Positions 1 through 8,336 are shown, counted from the first letter of the stretch. The stretch: DNA of 24,535 nt from an uncultured archaeon (GCA_964534625.1 CAZHRF010000023.1:1-24535), one strand, 5' to 3'. Numbers and translations: made by a program. The notes: generated from the sequence alone by a model not told the origin.

Positions 1-114
1 TGGTCCTATATAAACACAACATTTTGTACCCAAAAGTGACCAAAAAAACCCATGGGGTCAAAGTAAATATACTACTCATAACAATTTTAATTGATTTCAG
101 GCTTCTCTCACCAA

Positions 115-528
115 TCAATGCGTCCAGTATTTTTCTTTGACATTAAATTTTTCTTCATATAATCCTTCCAGAGCTTTGCGGACAGCTTTTTCGTTACTAA
201 TTCCCCACCTTGCTCATAATGAGTTTAATTTAATATCAAACTGGTTGAATCTTTGATCAAACTGGAGACGCATTTCTTTCATTTGGTTGTTGAAATCAGT
301 ACGTAGTTCATCCATTCTGGAATTGAAATCGCTCCTTAGTTCTTTAATTTCCTCTAATATCGCTTTAGTTTCTTCACGAGTAGTAAAACTACTGATTAAG
401 ACCCCTTTAACTATATCTTGAAAATCTTGATCTGTTCTTAGAAGGTTAATTAAGGTCTTTTTATCGATTCGGGATCGTAAGGAGCAGTCATAATAATCAC
501 TTATTAGATGGATAATAGTATGTTGCAA
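115..528 (-). pseudogene. DUF3782-like (coiled-coil + PD-(D/E)XK nuclease-like family) gene remnant with an in-frame nonsense codon and 3' truncation
   Basis: ORF 528..214 has LLRTDQDF..V.G.L followed by a heptad coiled coil. Reading through the TGA at 216-214 gives SL*ARWGISNEKAVRKALEGLYEEKFNVKEKYWTH, matching the recalled family motif LGARWG..sE..fR.aL.g. A second stop follows at 117-115, with no recognisable nuclease core. The start is uncertain. Confidence 0.75.
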
Positions 529-663
529 AAGTATATAAATCTCTTTATTCGAGAAATGTAAAAATTGCGGAGAGTAGTGTTAACTATTAGGTTGGATTAC
601 AGTACAATGATCTCCTTAACCAATAACGGTCATTTTATATATGAGTTAATTATTAGCTTATTT

Positions 664-1554
664 ATGACAAATAATTTCGCAATCCTCTGTTGCTCGGGTG
701 CTGATTTTGATAAAGCATTTCAAGAGAAATATGATATAAGGCTAATACCAACTCGTATTATGGTCAATGACGAAGAATATATAGATCGTGTAAATATAAC
801 TCGTGAAGAATTAATCAATAAACTTTTACATGAAAAAGCAAAAACATCCACCTCTGTTGCTCCTCCTTTTGATTATATGACTATTTTTCAGAAAGCATTA
901 GAAGATTATGAAGAAGCGTTGTGTGTTACTATTAGCTCGAAAATGTCTGCCACATATGAACGAAGTTTACATACAGTTAAAAGAATGAAGACTGATAAGA
1001 TTACTTGCTTTGATTCTCAAAGTGTTTCTTGTGGCGAGACAATGTTTCTTGAACATGCCGCTAGAAGGAGAAAGTCTGGACTGACTTTAGACGAAGTGGT
1101 CAGTGAACTTGAACAAATAAGAGAGAAAACAAAAATATTTTTCTTTGTAAATACTTTAGACTACCTTATACGGGGAGGACGTATTGGTAAAGCCAAAGGA
1201 TTGATTGGAAAATTAATCAATGCTAAACCTCTATTAACAGTGAAAGATGGAGAAATAGAGCCTTATGAAACGTTCAAAGGCACAGAAGAAGATGGAGTAG
1301 ATCGGATAGTTGAAATAGTTGAAGAAGAAGCTGTAAAGATGAAAAACATAGCTGTCTATTCGGTCTATGGTATGCAAAACGACTATTATGATAAAAAAAT
1401 AGCTGAAATGATAGAAAAAATCAACCCAATATTCCATAGCCACCAACCAATAGGACCCACTATGATCAGCCATGTTGGGCCATTAGTACAAGGGATAATT
1501 ATTACAGAGATTCCAGAAAGAGCCATTGGGGAATATTTGGAAAAAAGGCATTAA
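664..1554 (+). CDS. degV: DegV/FakB family fatty-acid-binding protein
   Basis: Motifs TSTS.AP, ISSKMSATY, FDSQSVSCG, TLDYLIRGGRIG, KPLLTVKDGEI, ISHVGP. The ATG at 664 (MTNNFAILCCSGADF, similar to canonical IAIVTDSTADL) is preferred over the ORF-track start at 565. Confidence 0.93.
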   Translation: MTNNFAILCCSGADFDKAFQEKYDIRLIPTRIMVNDEEYIDRVNITREELINKLLHEKAKTSTSVAPPFDYMTIFQKALEDYEEALCVTISSKMSATYERSLHTVKRMKTDKITCFDSQSVSCGETMFLEHAARRRKSGLTLDEVVSELEQIREKTKIFFFVNTLDYLIRGGRIGKAKGLIGKLINAKPLLTVKDGEIEPYETFKGTEEDGVDRIVEIVEEEAVKMKNIAVYSVYGMQNDYYDKKIAEMIEKINPIFHSHQPIGPTMISHVGPLVQGIIITEIPERAIGEYLEKRH

Positions 1555-1590
1555 TCTTTTTAACTTCTTATTTTTTTTAATTTGTTTTGA
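1555..1590 (+). terminator. Oligo-T-rich archaeal-type terminator region after degV
   Basis: Several T5-T8 runs immediately follow the TAA stop. Confidence 0.5.
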
Positions 1591-1781
1591 TCATATTCTC
1601 GCAAGTTCTGGTCATCTATGATGACTGAACGATGCATAGAAGTAATGTTGGTCAAACGATTCAAAGTTTCATACGGATGTATCAAAAATTGATACTCGAC
1701 TAGGTGAAGTGAACAAAAATTGAAAAAAAGAGGGAGTAAAGAATATATTTACCTCTTTAATTGTTATTATTTTATTATATT

Positions 1782-2177
1782 CTATTTTTCTGTTAATATA
1801 TCAAAAACTTTTGAAATTGTTTCTTTTTCTGCTTCTGTCGCGGGAGACTTATCTGCTTTTTTTCTGTTAATAGCTAACATGTCATTCTTTAACTCTTCAG
1901 GTAATTGATTGAATTCATTGTTTTCAGCGAATATTTGCTCTTTCTGTTCCTTAGGAATAAATGGCCAACTATTAGCGAATTGTTCTTTAGAAGCTGTTAA
2001 AGCGTCAAAACTGGTGTCTTTGCCACCTGTTTTTTTGCTCACAGCACTTTTGGCTTTGTTTTCAATTCCGCGTTCGATTTTTCTAGAGGCTGAATATTCT
2101 GCTCTTCTAAATAATCGTCTAAATATTCTGTTGAAGAATCTTTTTATGTTTCTAATTATGGTATTTAATATTGACAT
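1782..2177 (-). CDS. Hypothetical protein (~131 aa) with an N-terminal cationic amphipathic helix
   Basis: Plausible K/E-rich composition; ATG at 2177; TATA-like palindrome TATAAATTTATA at 2196-2207. The overlapping + strand ORFs look like antisense shadows. Confidence 0.75.
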   Translation of the reverse strand: MSILNTIIRNIKRFFNRIFRRLFRRAEYSASRKIERGIENKAKSAVSKKTGGKDTSFDALTASKEQFANSWPFIPKEQKEQIFAENNEFNQLPEELKNDMLAINRKKADKSPATEAEKETISKVFDILTEK

Positions 2178-2195
2178 TTTTAACACCAAACAGAG

Positions 2196-2236
2196 TATAA
2201 ATTTATAGCTATATATATATTTTGACTACTTGTCAA
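2196..2236. promoter_or_regulatory. TATA-like palindrome TATAAATTTATA (2196-2207), (TA)n run and TTGAC-N5-GTCAA inverted repeat (2222-2236)
   Basis: Read directly. Lies 19-59 bp upstream of the ATG at 2177, in a divergent intergenic region. Confidence 0.4.
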
Positions 2237-2544
2237 TAGTTATAGTTTTTCTATATTTTTCGTACTATTGCTATAATTATAAAAACGATTATAAATAGAA
2301 AAAGGATACATCAAAAAAACAATCTTACTTACTCTCCGTTTAAGATTGTTTCTTTTAAATGTTTATTTCTCTTGAACAATCAAAGATATTAATAAACTGA
2401 CTTAAATGCCCTTTTCAAAAATAATCATTCGCATTCTCAACCTTTTGAATAACATTTGGTGCTATTTATTCTGTCAATTAAGCAAAGAAATAAAAGTTAA
2501 GTTGTTTTAGCTCTGCTAAGTATTAATTTAGGAAGTTAAAATAT

Positions 2545-4488
2545 ATGGATGTCCAATTGTTTAAGGGTGAAGTATTTAGCCAAGAGATTTCATTAGGATT
2601 GTTAAAAAAACAAAATACCTTGGCTTTTAAAAAAGGTAAAAAGTATTTAGTTGCCAGAACAGAAGAAAAAGAGATTATCAAATTACCTGAAACGGTGGAT
2701 TTTGATAAAATAAAGAAAAATGGAAAAATGTTGAAAGAAGTGTTAGAACATTACTTAACAAACGATAAAATCGAAGGAACAAGTTTTTATCAATTATTGT
2801 CTGCCTATTATCTATATGAAATATCAGCAGGAGAAGAACTTCTAGAACCGTTAGATGATGAAGGAAAGAAATTTTTGTCTCCTCTAGTAAAAAATCTTCT
2901 TCAAAAAAAATATGTAAAAGAAGCTTCTTTCAGAATAAATTATTTCAAAGAAAGTCAAGTAATCGCTTCTTATGGGTTATTAGATCTACCTTTAATATTA
3001 AATGATTTGTTTCATTCCATAGATAAAATGCTTTTTAATGGAGAAGAAGCCCGTGCTGTTTATCCTTTAAGATTTTCAAAGAGAACTTTAGAAGAAAAAG
3101 ATGTACAACGTTTGACTGAGATTTTTAAAGAAAAATTTGTTGAATGGATGAATTGGCGAAATATTCTCCGAGAAGATAAATTATTTTATAGTTATATTGT
3201 AAACTGGATTTATACGATTTTAGATCAATTGTATCCTGTAGACGAAGAGACCGTACAATTCTTAACAAAAGAAGCTATAACCGCAGAACTCACATCTAAT
3301 GCTACTATGATTGGTGCTCTACAAACAATGGATGATATAAAGGTAAAAAACCTTGACGACTTAACCTACAATAAATTCTTGTTATATGATCTCTCTTATG
3401 AGATGCTAATGGGAGGACGAACAATCATATTTGAAGATTATGAAACGGTTTCTTTAGGATATCATGATCTATTCAACTCTATGGCTAATAATTATACTTC
3501 TATGCCTATATTTAACGCATTAAATCCCCCATCAGAATTTGTGGCGTCGTCTTTATATGAATGGATAACTAAAGACCTAAGTTTTGAAGCATTACGGGGG
3601 AATCAACAACTTGATCCATACAAAATTGTACCCAATGTTTTAGGACTTGTGATTGCTATAACTGGAAAGTATGCCAAAAAGATACCTGAAAGAAAATATA
3701 TTATTGCTCAGATGCTGAAAAGAATATTGAAAGGAGAAAAACTCAAACAAGCAATTATTTGGCAAAAAAGAACTAATATGGCAATGCAAGGAAAAGATAG
3801 CTCAAACATGAATCTTGAATTGACAGACAAAGAGTTGGAAGAGAAACAAAAAGAAATTACTGATAAATTGGAAACAATCATTAATGAGTTAGAATTAGAA
3901 GAAGAACAGATTAATGCTCTTGAAGCTAAAATAGAACAGCTAAATATAATTGAAGAAACATATGAGGAGATAAGAGCAAAGAAAGATGAACTTGTAAACA
4001 TAAGCAATGAACATAAAGAAATTGTTAATGATTTCCAGAAAGACTTCTTATTAACTGTACAACTAGTAGAAAAAGACAACGAGATATTAGATCAACTTGC
4101 GCAACTGTTTAACTTTTTTGATGAGTTTAGAATGTTTGCTGGACCAAACTCAATTGGTAATATGGCAAAACAAATGTGGATGATAAGCCTTGTCAATAAA
4201 GGAACACTAGATTGGCTAAAAATGACCAATGATGGCGAACAATTAGATACAAAAGAAGAAGCTGACATTTATAGTAGAGTGTGTTTAAAGAATAACACAG
4301 CTATAAAGGGCTATGTAATTAAAGGAAGACCACTTATTGAAACAACAGCACCGCCTATTGTTTTGCAACTAACTGAAAACCTTTCTGAACTCTTAGTAAC
4401 TAAGGATTTAGAAAAAGAAAAAGAATATGGACTATATACACAATTGTTCAAGCAATTAGATAAAATATATCCAACTAATAAAAACTAA
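2545..4488 (+). CDS. Hypothetical protein, 647 aa, soluble and helical, with a coiled coil at about aa 425-500
   Basis: Long ORF in AT-rich DNA; heptad E/K/L/I segment LEEKQKEITDKLETIINELELEEEQINALEAKIEQL; no signal peptide, TM helix or catalytic motif recognised. Confidence 0.85.
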   Translation: MDVQLFKGEVFSQEISLGLLKKQNTLAFKKGKKYLVARTEEKEIIKLPETVDFDKIKKNGKMLKEVLEHYLTNDKIEGTSFYQLLSAYYLYEISAGEELLEPLDDEGKKFLSPLVKNLLQKKYVKEASFRINYFKESQVIASYGLLDLPLILNDLFHSIDKMLFNGEEARAVYPLRFSKRTLEEKDVQRLTEIFKEKFVEWMNWRNILREDKLFYSYIVNWIYTILDQLYPVDEETVQFLTKEAITAELTSNATMIGALQTMDDIKVKNLDDLTYNKFLLYDLSYEMLMGGRTIIFEDYETVSLGYHDLFNSMANNYTSMPIFNALNPPSEFVASSLYEWITKDLSFEALRGNQQLDPYKIVPNVLGLVIAITGKYAKKIPERKYIIAQMLKRILKGEKLKQAIIWQKRTNMAMQGKDSSNMNLELTDKELEEKQKEITDKLETIINELELEEEQINALEAKIEQLNIIEETYEEIRAKKDELVNISNEHKEIVNDFQKDFLLTVQLVEKDNEILDQLAQLFNFFDEFRMFAGPNSIGNMAKQMWMISLVNKGTLDWLKMTNDGEQLDTKEEADIYSRVCLKNNTAIKGYVIKGRPLIETTAPPIVLQLTENLSELLVTKDLEKEKEYGLYTQLFKQLDKIYPTNKN

Positions 4489-4578
4489 TTTGCTATTTTT
4501 CTCTTTTTGCGCTTGTTCTTTCCGATTAATTTATTCATTCGTTTAATGTAAGCAATTTTTACTTTTCTTGTAGAAGAA

Positions 4579-7032
4579 TTATTGATTTTTGAATATGATC
4601 GTTTTTTGTCTAATTCTATCTTCTGTGGCTGTTTCTATCATTCTACCTTTTTTTATGACTTTTGTTAGTTCTTTCCATGTCTCATGTTCCGTTCGTATTT
4701 TTTCTTTGAAATCGACAAGTTTGTGTAATGCCATGTAACTTGGTCCCTCAAAAATGTAAGAAAAGAGGAGGGGATCTTCAAAAGATAGTGTAATAGTATA
4801 ATTTTTGTACTTTATACTCTCAATTGGTAGATTCTCTGTTGTTTCTGTCGGTTCTTCTCCAGCTAAAGCCTCACTCATAAAACTAGTTAAGCTAGCACTT
4901 AATGAAGCAAGGAAACCAGAGATTAGCATCTCGCTAAAGTCTTTTTTATCATCGAATTTTTCAGAATAGACTAACAAACCTGATTTATCTGTAATTAAAA
5001 GTAGTTTTGCATCCTCTTGTTTTATCTCTTGTTCTTTAACACCCCGCCTTTTACTCAGTTGGGAAATTAAGTTTTGTATACCAGATAATTCCATCCTTTT
5101 TTCAATTGTTGTAGAATGAGACGATATTCTTTCCCATCTTTCAATTACAGATAAAATATCATCAATTTCTTTTGAAATCTTTATAGATAATCTTGTTAAT
5201 CCTTTCTCTTCTGCTATCATGTGGGCTTGAATGAGTGATTCTTTAGCTTGTTTATAATTCATCTTAAGCAATTCTAACTTAGATTGTAACCAATAACTTT
5301 CTGTTACAATTAAGTATGAATGTTGATTCTTTCCTATCTCTAATAACTGGGAAAGGTATGATTCTATTTCATATAATAGTTCAGGGGTATATGATATACT
5401 CAATTCTTCAAGTAACATTTCAGTAATATTAAATAGGGCCATTACTGTTATTTCGTGAGAGATGATATTTCCAGTTATAATCTTCTCTAGTGTCTTTTTT
5501 GCTTGTTCTTTCAATCTCCTTCTTTCGCTTGTTTTCTGTACTAGTGCTTCCACCATCAGATATTGCAATTCTATTTTTTTGTTTGGTGTACTATCACTTA
5601 TTATTTTAAATTCCATTAGATAGTCTGCAGCTTCTTTCTTGTCTTTTTCTAATAAAGCTCTAATTAAGTGAAAAAACACGTCAGATAATTCTACTATATT
5701 CTCCTGTTTTTCACATTTGGTAAGGGCGTTCTTCAATAATTCAATCGATTTATCAATTTGACCTAATTTCAAGTTCATTATACCTTTATTTAGATCAGTG
5801 ATATAGAGCGAATCTTCATCACCTAGTTTAGTATAAATTGTCTCCGTTTGATTATAATAAGAAATGGCTCTCTCTAATTCGCCTTTATTGCTATAGATCG
5901 ATCCTAGGTTATTCAACATATTTGCCTTATATCTTTGATTTCCTATTATTTCTGCAATATGCAATGCTTTTTTGTAAAAATCTAATGCTTCATCTAACAA
6001 CCCTTTTTTTTTCATAATCAAACCAATATTATTGAATTGGTTGTATAGCTCAATTTTCAAACCTAGTTTTTCATTTAATTTCATGCTTTCGAGATAATAT
6101 TCAACAGCGTGATCCAAATCACCTTTCAACTGGTAAACTGAGCCTATATTGTTTAAAGATTGGGCTATATGCTCTTCAATGTTTTCTTGTTTTCTAATTT
6201 TTAATCCTTGTTTATAGAAGTCTAATGCTTTATCTAAATCACCTTTGGAATAGTAAATATTACCTATATTACTCAATGATGTTGCTATGTTAACTTTATT
6301 TCCCAAGTGTTTTCTTATATCTAAACCCTTAGTAGCATATTTTAAGGCTTCATCCAATTCTTTTTTTTCTTGGTATAAAACGCCAATATTATCAATAGAA
6401 CTAGCCATCCCAACTCGATCCCCTATTTGTTCTCTCAGCTCTAAACTCTTTTTCATAAAAGATAAGGAATCATCAATTTGTCCCTTGTAAAAATAAAGGA
6501 CGCCTAGAGAATTGTAACTTTCAGCTATTAACTTCTTCTTACCTAATTTTTCTCGTTCTGTCAAAGATTTTCTATATAATCTCTCTGCTTCATTTAGTTT
6601 TCCTTTCTTTTGGTAATATTTAGCTTTTCGTTCTAAAAGAGCAGTGTATAAAGAAGCAAATTCTTCTTGTTGAAGTATAGTTGTTTCTTTTTGCATTAAT
6701 ATTTTAATAAGTTCATCAACTTTTTCTAATGCTTTTTGATTCTCTTTTAGACCATCTAAGGAAGTTATTTGTTCATATAAAAGATAGATCTGAATTTCTA
6801 CTGGTATTTTTTTCAGATTGCAGTCTTTTATTATTTGTATGTTTTTCTTCAGGGCTTTTTCATATTCCTTTTTTACATTCAACAATTTTATATCTAATAA
6901 TTCTAACTCAAAAGTTTCCTGCAGTTCTAAATTGCGTTCTCTTTCCCTAAAGTAGTTCAATTCCCGTTCTGCTTTCTGTACTTCTTTGCTTTTGATCAAC
7001 TCTCTGATTTCAATAAAATCTGCTCTTTTCAT
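4579..7032 (-). CDS. Tetratricopeptide-repeat protein with C-terminal longin/roadblock-like domain
   Basis: Eight clear 40-aa TPR units (A.SL(N/S)NIG..Y..KG.LD.AL..Y.K.L), further helical repeats, then LLLITDKSGLLVYSEKF...LISGFLAS...SFMSE...IESIKYKNYTITL. The ATG at 7032 is preferred over the TTG at 7041. Confidence 0.9.
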   Translation of the reverse strand: MKRADFIEIRELIKSKEVQKAERELNYFRERERNLELQETFELELLDIKLLNVKKEYEKALKKNIQIIKDCNLKKIPVEIQIYLLYEQITSLDGLKENQKALEKVDELIKILMQKETTILQQEEFASLYTALLERKAKYYQKKGKLNEAERLYRKSLTEREKLGKKKLIAESYNSLGVLYFYKGQIDDSLSFMKKSLELREQIGDRVGMASSIDNIGVLYQEKKELDEALKYATKGLDIRKHLGNKVNIATSLSNIGNIYYSKGDLDKALDFYKQGLKIRKQENIEEHIAQSLNNIGSVYQLKGDLDHAVEYYLESMKLNEKLGLKIELYNQFNNIGLIMKKKGLLDEALDFYKKALHIAEIIGNQRYKANMLNNLGSIYSNKGELERAISYYNQTETIYTKLGDEDSLYITDLNKGIMNLKLGQIDKSIELLKNALTKCEKQENIVELSDVFFHLIRALLEKDKKEAADYLMEFKIISDSTPNKKIELQYLMVEALVQKTSERRRLKEQAKKTLEKIITGNIISHEITVMALFNITEMLLEELSISYTPELLYEIESYLSQLLEIGKNQHSYLIVTESYWLQSKLELLKMNYKQAKESLIQAHMIAEEKGLTRLSIKISKEIDDILSVIERWERISSHSTTIEKRMELSGIQNLISQLSKRRGVKEQEIKQEDAKLLLITDKSGLLVYSEKFDDKKDFSEMLISGFLASLSASLTSFMSEALAGEEPTETTENLPIESIKYKNYTITLSFEDPLLFSYIFEGPSYMALHKLVDFKEKIRTEHETWKELTKVIKKGRMIETATEDRIRQKTIIFKNQ

Positions 7033-7076
7033 TATGAACAAAATATAGTAGAATGAATGGTATAAGAATTATTTGT

Positions 7077-7125
7077 AGAATAAGAATAAGAATAAGAATA
7101 AAAATAAAAATAAAAATAAAAAAAA
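7077..7125. repeat. Hexamer microsatellite (AGAATA)4(AAAATA)3 + A7; probable oligo-T terminator on the minus strand
   Basis: Read directly. It abuts the stop codon of the metal-binding protein gene (7126-7128). Confidence 0.85.
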
Positions 7126-8139
7126 TTAGTGCCTTTTTTTTGTAATAAAAGCACTGGCACCAATCAATGATAGTATAGAAATAATAACAATAGAGAGAGA
7201 ATAATTTAATCTTTCAGCAGGAGGATCAACAGGATTATCTAAAGCTACTAAAATGTATTCTATCATTGAAATATAGTCTTTTACTTCAAAATTGTCATAA
7301 ATTCCAGGTATAGCCGATATTTCTGCTATTTTTGCTCCAGTTGCTCGAGCAATTTCATAAGCATGACTAGGACTATGCTGAGGGGTAGTTATTATCAATG
7401 AACAATTTTCCTCTTCCATTTTTTCTATTATTTCATTGATTGTAGCTTGTCCTGGTTCCCCACCTGAATGTGTTTCGATGGCTGCTATACGTTCTATACC
7501 CAATAGATCAAATAAATATATAAACGCTGGATGATTAACTACCACTTTTAATCCCTCATAAAGAGTACGATTGGCGTCAATATTATCCAGTAAGATATCA
7601 AGTTTTTGCTGATAGGTATTATTATTTTCAGCAAATACAAGACTATCTGATTCATCAAGTTCAATAAGTGTTTCAGTTACAGTATTAGCCATTTTTTTAG
7701 CAGTATGGGGATTCATCCACACATGAGGATTTGTTGAACCTAATAAAGGATCTGTATAGCCTTCATGAATACTAGTAATATTAACAATTTTAGCTTCAAG
7801 TTCTGGATTATCGTTGACTATTTCTTCTAACCATGGTTCAGCTCCACTAATACCCATGGAAAAGATAACATCGCTGTCTAGCATAGCTGTTATTTGCTGA
7901 GTTGTAGGACCATCAAATGAATGAATATCTGTTTCACTATCTACAATAGAAATAATATCTGCTTTATCTCCTGCTATCGTGGTAACAATATCATAAGGTA
8001 TGGCTATTGTGGTGACAATGTTTAATCGCTGTTCTTCAATTTGATAATTTGCATTAATATTGCCTATATTTGTTGAAATTATCATCGCTAGAACAAATAA
8101 TGTAAAAATTTTGTTGTGTCTTTTAATCTTGTTTTTCAT
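7126..8139 (-). CDS. znuA: Zn/Mn ABC transporter substrate-binding protein (ZnuA/TroA family) with signal peptide and C-terminal TM anchor
   Basis: Motifs NIVTTI, DIHSF, NPHVWMNP, NHPAFIYL, GEPG; N-terminal K-rich + hydrophobic signal; C-terminal LSIVIISILSLIGASAFITKKRH. Start is ATG 8139 or GTG 8148. Metal specificity is not certain. Confidence 0.92.
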   Translation of the reverse strand: MKNKIKRHNKIFTLFVLAMIISTNIGNINANYQIEEQRLNIVTTIAIPYDIVTTIAGDKADIISIVDSETDIHSFDGPTTQQITAMLDSDVIFSMGISGAEPWLEEIVNDNPELEAKIVNITSIHEGYTDPLLGSTNPHVWMNPHTAKKMANTVTETLIELDESDSLVFAENNNTYQQKLDILLDNIDANRTLYEGLKVVVNHPAFIYLFDLLGIERIAAIETHSGGEPGQATINEIIEKMEEENCSLIITTPQHSPSHAYEIARATGAKIAEISAIPGIYDNFEVKDYISMIEYILVALDNPVDPPAERLNYSLSIVIISILSLIGASAFITKKRH

Positions 8140-8151
8140 AGGAATCACTTT

Positions 8152-8317
8152 TTACGATTCTTCGTAATTTTCTTAGTTTGATGCAATTTAAAGATTACGA
8201 TTCGTCGAAATTCTGGATCGCCTTCAATAGTGCTTAAAGGTCATAAAGATGAACGGGAAAGTGTACAGACCTAAAACAATCGTAAGGAACAAGATACATG
8301 TTTACGATATAGCGTAA
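8152..8317. promoter_or_regulatory. Divergent promoter region with three TTACGA-N4-TCGTAA operator-like palindromes and one half-site
   Basis: TTACGA-TTCT-TCGTAA at 8152-8167; TTACGA-TTCG-TCGAAA at 8195-8210; TTACGA-TATA-GCGTAA at 8302-8317; half-site TCGTAA at 8280-8285; TTTAAA TATA-like element at 8187-8192. Confidence 0.8.
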
Positions 8318-8336
8318 AATTAATAATTGGGAATGA

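Noticed and set aside
214-216. TGA recoded as Gly, Trp or selenocysteine
   Set aside because: TGA serves as a normal stop at 9796-9798 and 11759-11761, very long ORFs contain no internal TGA, and the position aligns to Gly rather than Cys.
1618-1680. C/D-box sRNA or SECIS (ATGATGA at 1618-1624)
   Set aside because: No correctly spaced terminal CTGA D box, no proper GA quartet geometry, and no selenoprotein candidate adjacent.
1234-2208. Short ORFs 1234-1473(-), 1720-1908(+), 1909-2208(+)
   Set aside because: Antisense shadows of better-supported genes, with F/S/I/L-biased composition.
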